Of a DNA stretch of 64,000 bases, positions 54,222-64,000 are shown in pieces. The position numbers and the translations under genes are program-made. The DNA is from Balanoglossus misakiensis (lineage: Eukaryota > Animalia > Hemichordata). The first letter of the stretch is position 1. Every line of letters starts with the position of its first letter. The stretch spans positions 12,996,987 through 13,060,986 of the forward strand of contig CM082583.2 in assembly GCA_040954595.2 (NCBI GenBank), read 5' to 3'. The notes beneath the pieces are model-generated. The model saw only the letters and a program-made list of their open reading frames with translations, had not been told where the DNA came from and made no database searches.

Positions 54222-56378
54222 CTTCTCTGCGAGTCTTGGTGTTGGAGTGGAGTGGCTTGGAATTCGTCTCCCGCTTTCAACCAATTCCTCGCCGTGGTCC
54301 TCATCCCACAGAGTGACTGATTGGTCAATTAGAGCTGGCTAAATGAAAATTCGTCGGTTGCCATCAATTAAGGCCAATGAATAATGCATGTCCGTCATGA
54401 ACAAACGCGAAGGGTGAACATTAACCGCGCAAACGTGTTCAATCAGGGAAAGTGTTAAAGTTGATGATCCACTGCCTCCTGACCACTCGACGAGACTCAG
54501 AACAGCGAACGGGAAAACGGTATTCGTTTGCTCTGCACTCAACCTGGGTGATGCCATTCAATTGTAGGGGTGGAAATCATTCATTTGTAAAGGAGAGAAA
54601 ATAATGTCGCAGTGGCTAGCTGGCAGTGTTAAAAACGCCGAAGTTTTTAATAATATGCGAACAATATTATAAAATAAGACATTCTGCTTGTGTCCAAGTA
54701 AGAAGAAAATAGATAATGAATCTTAGTGGCAACCTTTACTGAACTTTTACATGCATATCATACGATGTTTTACGTTGATTTGCGGAGATTCGCTCATTTC
54801 TGTTGATTTACCGCAATATCCAGTCCACTGCGGCCCTTGAGCAAATATTCTTTGTCTGTGTACAATGCGTTTTGTTTTCACTTTATTTAGACTGGCTGCC
54901 GGTTTAATTGTCAAGTTTGTGAGTCTACTTCTGTGTACATATTCACGATCCATATTATATCCGCGCTTGTAAAAGCATTTGAGATCCCCCACCCCCACCC
55001 CAGATAAAATTTACAGTATAATGTGAACCTGGGCGATTTAAGAGCTTTATATTGCGATGATAGCTCCTCCATTTAAACCACATGTGCAACTGAGCAAACA
55101 TGTGTGCTTCAGTAATTTTAAGACTATGGTGACAGGACACACAGTGAATGCAAATAATCGCTCTGAAATGATTTCAGTCAGAAGTATTTTACAAACCCGA
55201 ACTTGAATAGCGCATTGTGGCGTTGTTCTTTGGGACGGAGCTATTTTCCACGGGTGCCATTTCAATTAAGATGTCAAATAACAGACTTGCCCAAGAGCAG
55301 CAGCAAAAGCTTCCGACCGACCAAATGTGTTCCCTTTCGCTTTTATAATACCGCGAGAAGTCAAACAAATGTTACTGTGCAATTGCAAGTGTCTGTTTGT
55401 TTGTTTGTTTGCCTCGACTATAGACACGGCACTGTGTGGAAAGGGGGCAGGGAACCAGACTATTAGAGATCAGACCGTGTTATTGGCAAAGCGCTGTGAA
55501 TCAGACTAGAGAAAAGAAGCTTGTATAGTCTTGGTGATAGCCGTAAGGTAGTCGTTGGTCTTAGACATAACAAGTGCAATCACGTGGCAACCCTGTTTCC
55601 CCTACGCACACGAATGTTCTCTCTCAACTGAACACTTCACTGTAAAGTCGTTTCCGTGGTTACGATAAAAGGTAGTTTCCTGGATATCTGTTAAAACAAA
55701 GGAACAAATACATTTTCACTGACATATATCAACTTTAACCTCTCCATCCCATACACCGTTCACCGTTCTGTTTTCATAAAAATCATCACTTTAATTTATC
55801 ATCACAGAGTTTAACATTTGAGACATTTTGAACCCCAATTTTTTATTCTAAATTGTAAGATAGAATAGGCCTATTAAATGTATAATTGCCCTGAGCAAAA
55901 TAACAGTTTTCGAGCTGCATACTTGGCCTACATTGTACGTTCTCTTTCAATTACTCGTGTCGTTCGCTTAGTGAGTTTAATTTGTATACACCAGGGGACT
56001 GCTCTCTGAGTTCGACCTCCAAAACGTACAAATAATGCAATGGCGTATGTTTCGTCCTTCAAATTACTGTTCTGGAAGTAATTGTCCAGGCTTATGTGCG
56101 CATGTTCACGTTCATAGTGTACCGCAGGGCTCCATGCTGTGCGTATACAGACAGATGAGGGCGCTGTGAGTCATTTGTCGGGGAGTCGGGTCAGGGGTGA
56201 GATGACGTCGGGGGACATGACCTGGTTCTGGGCTTTTCGCTCATTTCGGGTTTAATTACAAGTAATATCCAGTGAAGACGCCCTCGTGGATTTTCCACGG
56301 TAAGTTATCCATTACTATTCGGTACTATCGCCATCTATTAAAGCCTCCGGAGACGATTGGGCACGTGGCGAGACTAAG

Positions 56379-56522
56379 AATCTCGCACTCCCAATGACCT
56401 GGGATCATATTTCTCACACGAGTTGGGGATTTTCTGTCCCACACTCGCCTGCGGCTCGTATGGGACAGAATATCCCCGATGAGTGTGAGAAATATGATCC
56501 CAGGTCCTTGGTGTGTGAGATT
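56379..56522. repeat. Long imperfect inverted repeat (66/65-bp arms, 13-bp loop), probably the core of a non-autonomous hairpin/MITE-type element
   Basis: The reverse complement of the left arm (56379-56444) is gtgtgggacagaaaatccccaactcgtgtgagaaatatgatcccaggtcattgggagtgcgagatt. The right arm (56458-56522) is gtatgggacagaatatccccgatgagtgtgagaaatatgatcccaggtccttggtgtgtgagatt. The loop is tcgcctgcggctc. Confidence 0.9.
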
Positions 56523-56955
56523 ATATTTCTCACACGGTCACAAATTTGCCAAATTCGTTATAAACATTGAATAAATGACTGCAACTGTCGTCTGGGCACG
56601 TTGTAGTCTCTGTCCCTAATACACATCGCGCCATTGGATAACATTTAGTGCGCGTTTGCAAAAGAACGCTTTCTCAACCAATCAGCGCCCGCGTCATGTA
56701 CATCTTTCGAAAGTGAAATTGGCAAATTGTGTGCGATGAAACACGACCATGGATACGTTTCACGTGTTGATATCATTTATGATATTGTAGTCGAGTGTCT
56801 CTTAATATCGTCTTGTGCCCCCATTTTAACTACACGCCGTAGTTGAGTGCCCTCATTCCAGCTTGTAATAATTCCACCACTTAATTTCTGTTAATTTTCT
56901 GTTTCATTTGCAGTAGGGCATTTCAAGAAGGTGAGGAGCAGCATACAGATACAAG

Positions 56956-59900
56956 ATGGCAACCAAACCAGAGGTCCCCGAAAGTACCAAGATACTCATC
57001 CGTGCAGTTTTACTTTCCCAGATTGGAGGGGTTGCCATCAGTGCCTTCAACAGGGACTTCAAGAATCTCGTTGGGTCATTTTTTGATTATAAAAGTATGG
57101 GATTTATGTCCTTGCTTGAATGCATGAGAAGTATACCAGATGTTGTAAGGTAATTAAGCCAATAAAGTTATAGGGATATCATTCACACTTTGGATTTTTG
57201 AAAGAATTAGGTTGTGATATAATTTCTTTCAGTGAACTCGGAGCAACTGTCACTCACAACAACAATGAAGTCCTAATGTCAGCTTGCTGAACAAGAGTGG
57301 TGGTTTGTTTCATGTTCTTTTCCAATGTATATATTCCAGGATAGAAGTCTCACAAGAAACCGGAAAGACAAGATTTTATGGAGTCGGTGACAAGAGCACA
57401 TACATGACTCCCACTCATATCAAAGCACAGCACTCATCTCCCAGCGATGGTAAGTAATTCAGGCCTTATCAGCCACTGACAGATTTTCCCTCTCACTAAT
57501 GTATAAATACAATTAATTATGGAAACCACCGTGTGACTGCAAAATTCTCTCACAGTTGGATTTCCAAACAGTTGGTTATTTAATTGTCGGTTATTATGAC
57601 CCATTTGTAGGTGAAAGGAAAACAAGAAGAAACAGAGACAGACGACAGTCAAACATAAAAAACTTTGTCCGCGTCCAGGTTGGTAGAGACAGATCAAAGA
57701 CTGTGAACTTAAAAGTAGCACAGAGTACAACAGAGAAGTTGGATGAATCTTCTGCCATCTCCAAACTTGTACCAAATCTCAACGGACTCTACAGTGTGTG
57801 TATTCACAACATGGACAAGAATAGGCAACAGGTTGGTTGACCCTGACAGTAAAACTTAATTACGTTATTTTCATGAGAAGGTTTCTTATATTTGTAGTTG
57901 CTCACAGATCTGGTGGTAACAGGTTCTTATGACATCAGACATACATACATGTATGCATACCATGAAATCATGGAGTCCAAAAGTGGTAAAGCTAGTGACG
58001 TTTGGCAAAACTGCTTGTTTATTAATCATTGTGTCAAAGAACTGCACTTTTCTTCTCATTTCAGAGGATGAGGCATGAGTTGACTGGAATAGAAGAAGCT
58101 GATGAAGTTAGTGTATACAGCCGGTAAATTGAGAGTGTTTTCTAAGTCACTGTAAATAGCAGGATGCAACAATAAAATCCGTCTGGAAGTTGAATTTATT
58201 TGATTTGTGAAATCCTGTGCTTTTGACAAATTAGACTTTGGATGGAGTTGGATGCATTTCAAGTAAATTTGTGGGAAGAGATTACAGAAATGATCAAAAT
58301 TACTTTTTCAAACCAGTCCTTCTTTTTTTCCACTTCAGGTTAACATTTGTGCGATTCAAGGATGTCAGAAAAGCCAAGAACATGCTCTTAAGTTTGAACG
58401 GCAAAGTTTTATCCAATGGTGTGAAACTGCATGTATCGCCAGCCAAAGAGAAGTGTAGCAGTAAAACAAATGGTACCGGACACATATCTTACTCTGATAC
58501 TTCCAGTGTGAGGTCTAAAAGTTCAAGTCAAGGTCAGTATCAGTCAGTGTGTGAGGTGTGGAACAGTCTCAGTCAGGTCCAAGCAGTATGTTCTGGCAGC
58601 ATTGTCACTACAGAGCAGTCACAATGCCGAAACAGTCTAGCTGTGCTGCCCCAAATTCTTATGTTCCCAAAGTGAAGTGAACATTATGAATGATTGACAA
58701 ATTAAGCATTCATATAATACAGCTGGTGGACTTCACTTGTCCATATAACCTTCATATTTTCCGTCAATCAAGTTAGAAGCTTCAAAGAAAAGAGTTAGCT
58801 GACCATGTTCCATATGTGGCTTCAAAAAGAGTGAACATACACGGCTCCTTCTGTGGTATTCATCAGATATGGCAGACAACAGTCGTGTCTAAGTTGGATA
58901 AACAATTTACAGTGGAATTTCTGACCCCATTTTGAATTCCTCAGACGGTGTCAACTTAAGTGGTATTCAAAAAGGGATATCATCCAAATTAACCAATTCC
59001 AGTGGCAATGTTAATTCTTTCAATGAAGCTACCAGTACTTCCAATGAAATCTTTGTGGGTCACCTGCCACCTTGTACAAAACAGGTAAGTTTATATTACT
59101 CCCTCAAGCATTGCTTCTTGGTCACTGTGTTTATCCTCCTTGTGTGTGTCATTTTATCCAGACTGCAAACTTGAATCAATAAAACAGATGTATCTTTGCT
59201 TGAATTCGACAGGAAGACCTGTTTGACCTTTTCAAGCCATATGGAGCCACATCTGTCCGGTTAAAGAACGATCCAATGAATGAAAAGAAATGGTACGTTG
59301 TGATTACCCAATTTGCCTCTTCTGTTGTCACTTAATTGGATCAGCAGTTATAGAAAGTTGAACGTAGATTGAACATCATGCTGCTGTTTTAGAGTTTCAT
59401 AAAAAAATACCAGTAACAGTGAAATCATATTCTTTTTTCTACCCTTAGGTTTGGTTTTGTTGAAATGACGTCAAAATGTAACATGGAAAGGGCAATCTTG
59501 GAGTTAAATAAAACAGAGTTTCACGGGTGTTGTATATATGTAAGACAAGCCATGACAACCCTACGGAAAGGCAAACCAAGAGGTATTTGAAAAGTGTTTT
59601 CGTTAAGGGAGCTATACTCATTTGACCAGGGTTCAAAGATTTGAAATTGCATAGATTGCTAGATCAAGGTTTTAACTTTCCATCCATGATAAAGTAACAG
59701 ATGCACTCAGTGATTTGAAATTTCTCTTTATTATCATACTGGTAAAAACAACAAAACCCTCTTGATTTCAGAAAACCTAAATTTTGGCAGCAGCGGATTA
59801 CCGATAGTGAATATCAAATCAGACCTGGTGAAGAGGACAACACCAAAACCTGACGGAATGTTTGAGAGATATCGGAAGATTTTCCGGGATTGCTGCAGCG

Positions 59901-61336
59901 TGTGTCTTGAAGACTTCCTGATGGATCTGCCAGACACATTTAACATCATTGTGACAGAAGTCTGTGATGGTGAATATTTCTGGGGACAAGTTCTGAGACT
60001 TGATGACGTAGGTTTTAGTGAACTTGTCCATTGTAGTTTTCCATGAAGAATGTTGAATGATACTAAATGATTATACTCTTAATATTTGAAGAGACATCAG
60101 GATCATTTTCACCATGGTATTTTGGTGACCTGTGGTTGTGTAAATCCTCAAGATTTACACAACCCAAAGGATTGGAACAAATGGCCAAAGTGAATGTGTT
60201 TTATGCTTATTTTGTAGCAAGGTTTACATGTACCATTCACACATTCATTTGACACTTTCTTTCCTTGACCTGCAGAACTCAAACCTTATCAAGTTACAGT
60301 CCTTGATGGACGAACTTCAATTCTTGAATCCGAAATCTCCGATGAGACTTGGCCAGAAAATGTATACAGCCATGTATAAAGGTGAATGGTGCAGGTATGT
60401 GACAGTGTTCTAATCACAACCCACACTGGTTCTAACAAGTTCATAGCACCGGTAACTAGATATGTACACGGCAGTTTATTGCTTGAAATAGTTTAAGCAT
60501 GTTGACAACTAATTTTTTTGCTGCATTGGCAAGAATGCTGAATCATTTACAGGGCCAGTGACTAATCATTTTCATTTTGGGCATTTGATTGCAGATGTTG
60601 GATAGAGCAGTTATTACCATTTGACACGGTCAAGATTTTCTATGTAGACTATGGCAATGACGATGTCAAAGTTCGCAATGAAGTGATGTTACTTGCAGAT
60701 GCATTCTGGGATCTCCCTCCCCAGGCAGTTCTTTTCAAACTGAAAGGTACAAACAACTTTTTAAACCATTTTGTTTCATAGTGGTTTTGTTCATTTCTAT
60801 AGTTGTAGAAGGCAACCATTACACATAGTGTTCTGTGGTATATCTTGAAATTGGCCAAGTTGCTTTGTACCGGTACACTTGAAAACATTGTTCTTTCACT
60901 CTTGTGTCAAATTTAGGCTTAGAAGAAACCAGTTTAATTGAAAATACAGTGATAACTGTCAAACGGACTAGAAATCAGAAGGTAAGAAAAATCATCAGAT
61001 GTTATTACTCAGAGAATTTTGTTTTGGGTATTTGAAAGCACATCATGATGTGATAAAATAAAATAATTTGTGAGCATTGGGTTGAGAGACACTTATGATT
61101 TCTATATTTATGTTCAGTCACAGGTCATAGAAGTGGAATTATTGGATTCTGAAAACTCTGAAGGATTGGAATCTGCCAGTGTTGGGGACTCTGAGATTGG
61201 AGTTGATAATATACCGGAGTTGGCCAGTGGACTGGATTCTGCTGTGAATGGAATTGCACTCAGCGATGGGCTGGAGGATGAATTTTCTGACATGCCACCA
61301 TTAGGAGGACCAAGTTCTGACGAGGATTGCGATTAA
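56956..61336 (+). CDS. TDRD10-like protein with LOTUS (OST-HTH) - RRM - RRM - extended Tudor architecture, ~13 exons
   Basis: LOTUS: KILIRAVLLS...FNRDFKNLVG...YKSMGFMSLLECMRSIPDVVR. RRM1 at ~57790-58445. RRM2: EIFVGHLP...EDLFDLFKPYG...WFGFVEM...AILELN. Tudor: IVTEVCDGEYFWGQ...GEWCRCWI...FYVDYGN...FWDLPPQA. Acidic tail, stop at 61336. All junctions are GT-AG and in frame. Confidence 0.85.
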
Positions 61337-62368
61337 ATTAAGGTGGGATTTGCAAAGAAAGGAAAGACATACTATGTCTAACAAGTTATCGTGAATGATA
61401 ATGTCCCCCCTGCAGAGTTGGTAGTGTCAGACTTTGTGGGCCACTGAGAGTCTGTTTTTGCTTGTTCTGTAAAGGCTGTGTTGCGATATCAGTTTGGGCT
61501 TTGTAAATTGTTGTTCAGTTTGAGCTGCTGCTGTAACTAGAGCATGTTCTAGATATAATTACTCTGGTGGAGATGTGGCAAGAAGAAGCTTGGGCAATGA
61601 TGACAGACATTGACAGATTCTTGTTGATATAACCCCTTTTTAATTCCTTTAATGAAAGGGAGCATTTCATAGTACATTGTCACAATGATTTATAAAACTG
61701 AAACGGCTGTTACATTATGGAAGCAATATGCTATGCAACTGCTCAGCATAAACCTCCATTATATCCTAGTCTAGAGTTTCTATACAACTGATATAAAAAG
61801 AGTCCAAAAAATCATTGATAACTGTTTCCTGTACTGAAGACAACGAACTTCTGTTCTGTCTGTGGGACATAAAAAGTTCACAAAATTCCCAATACACATA
61901 AATTCTGTGTAAATGTACTATCCTAAAAATTACATGCAACTGCAATTGGGATATTGATATTCTCCGACCAGAGGCCATATAAAACCCACTCAAAAAAGAC
62001 TGGCAACATAAACCTAAACAAGCACCGATGAAAATTCTGATTGAATGCCACGGGTCTCTTGACATATTCTACCAGCAGCTAACTGCCACCTGCATTGTTC
62101 CTTTTCCCAGCCAAACGTTTGGAAAAGTGATTTCTATGGTAAAGCTTCTACATGTACTTTGTATTTATCTTCTCAAACTACACTAGGTGTGTGATGTAGT
62201 AAAATTCTTTGTTCGCCAACCATAGGTTTGTGAATTTTTCAAGAACCAAACAAGGCAAATACTGACCGTACATATATGCTGTGAATGACACAAAATTTAC
62301 GCATCACAAATGCAACTTTTATTCTTCTGGGACAAAATCCCAGTCACAATCTGAACATGACAGACAGT

Positions 62369-64000
62369 CTACGTTTCCTCATCTTCGTTCTCTTCGGCGC
62401 AATATTTCTCCTCAGCAATTCTGAGCTTTTCATGAATGCTGTCGAACAGCGCAAACTCCTCGGATCCCCACCTCTCAAACACAGACACGTTGCTTTTCTC
62501 AACATCTTCGTGATGGTGTACGTTGCGGTATTCGGTGAACATGGCCACCCTGTCTGTGCCGACCTGTGTGATGTGATGGACATCACCAGCGCGATAAGCT
62601 CGCTCGTTATCCGGGGGAAATACAGCCAAAACTTGACCGTACTGGTAGCCGTGGTCACCCTTTGTGTTTATGCATATAATGATGAGACAGCCAGAGTTCA
62701 CGCCAACCCACAGTGTATCTTTGACGACTAACATGGAAGTGACAGTCCGTGGACCACTTTGTAGGTGCAACAATGGGTCCCTAGTGGGGGCATCATCAAC
62801 CCGGCGTTGCCTGCTCAGTCTTGCACCAGCTGACATACCACTCTGTCGCTGCCTGATTCCACTCTCCAGGGATCGCGGGAAGGTCCTAAATTTGGACTGA
62901 TCTTTCGCACTGGGCGTCACGACCTGGGATGTTGGTGATCGAACGCTGGATGATGCTGACCAAGAGGCACTGAGGAGCTCACTCTCATCATCTTCATGGT
63001 CATGGTCATGGTCATCATCATCATCATCACCATCATCATCATCGTCATCACTGTCCGCAGCCTGCCTTCTCTTGAACTCTTCCACTGACATCAGCGTTAC
63101 CGCGTCAACAGCAGCCAGCGAGAGGTCAAGGACCCTGGTGACCTTCTTTGTCCGGGCGTCGATTTCCACCAGGGCGAATGGCCGACTGCTGCCACACCAA
63201 ACCGCTGCGTTGTTTGAGCTGTACTGCATGTGTCTGATCTCAGGTGACATCTGCAGGAGTTCGTGCTTGATCTTGCACTCGACGAGTCGCAGCAACGCAT
63301 TGACGACCACTACAACACTGCCGCAGCTCACCCACACCTCTTGTTCGTTCTGCGCCACGAGAACGCATCTGCAGTTGTCCACCTCTAGGCCGAGGCACAG
63401 CGTCTTGATCTCCTGCCAGTACTGGGCTTCATTCGGCACCTCTCCGAATCTGCGCTGTAACTCTGAGAGCGACAGGCTGTAGATGGTCATCTGTCCTTTC
63501 GCTTGTGCAACGTATACACACTGTTCTGTCTTGGAGCCACGCTGAAATACAAGACACAGTTTGTGAGACATGTCAATTGGTTCAAATGGCAGTGATGAAG
63601 ATGTGATCATCGTTAGGAAATATACATATGCTTTATTAAAAATGAGTGAAAGCTTACCTTAAGTGTTTGTGAAGCAAACGCACAAATAGGTGCTTTAGTT
63701 TTTCTTGCCCATAGACACTCCACAAATCCAACCCCTTGCACACCAAAGACTTCAATTTTACCATCCTTGAAGGGAAACATGAAAACAAAATAACATGATG
63801 TTAAAATTGCTGATGACCTTACCTGAAAAACAGAACCTGACAACTTGTGAACGTTTTTAAAAAATAATTCATATGGTACATCTTCAAAGTCAGATCTAAG
63901 TTGGCCTTACCTCACCACCAATCCACACAGTGTTATCAACTTTCATTGTGCAGGCAACGGCAGAACCAGCATGGATTCTATCGTTCATTCTGTGTATTCC
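62369..64000 (-). CDS. 3' end (WD40 region and C-terminal helix) of an LRRK1-like ROCO kinase; gene continues beyond the window
   Basis: Exons >64000-63911, 63765-63658 and 63541-62369. The C-terminus VKDTLWVG...GQVLAVF...SVFERWGSEEFALFDSIHEKL parallels the recalled LRRK1 terminus (RDLIWV...GRVIAVL...[21 protein letters not shown]). The kinase and ROC domains are not in the window. Confidence 0.65.
62985..63050. repeat. Coding (TCA)n/(TCATGG)n repeat encoding a poly-Asp/His tract
   Basis: It encodes DSDDDDDDGDDDDDDHDHDHEDDE on the minus strand. Confidence 0.85.

Noticed and set aside
55960-56030. A-box/B-box-like words (tcgcttagtgag ... gagttcgacc) suggesting a tRNA or SINE
   Set aside because: I could not build a cloverleaf (no acceptor or anticodon stems); at most a decayed remnant.
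62285-63482. Plus-strand ORFs (148 and 136 aa) with hydrophobic stretches
   Set aside because: They are antisense shadows of the LRRK1-like last exon.

Overview
This is eukaryotic, intron-rich DNA from an invertebrate metazoan, probably a marine bilaterian; the species cannot be determined from the sequence. It is not prokaryotic, and I found no CRISPR array, rRNA or convincing tRNA. Manual exon stitching at GT-AG boundaries supports 11 protein-coding genes in strictly alternating orientation: an ARM-TIR-SAM protein (-), Pygopus (+), a receptor guanylyl cyclase (-), COPS2 (+), FAM219A (-, not recoverable from the ORF track), DNAI1 (+), FKRP (-), PMF1 (+), a delta-like ionotropic glutamate receptor (-), a LOTUS-RRM-RRM-Tudor TDRD10-like gene (+), and the 3' end of an LRRK1-like gene (-). 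The main leads are: five candidate frame-preserving microexons in DNAI1 introns; an ARM-TIR-SAM putative NADase; a guanylyl cyclase with a degenerate nucleotide-binding half-site; a Pygopus lacking its NPF motif; a LOTUS-bearing TDRD10 with a 144-bp intronic hairpin; and a FAM219A/DNAI1 head-to-head pair that I recall is also present in human. Family assignments rest on recalled motifs, not database searches, and exon coordinates are hand-derived and may be off by a few bases.
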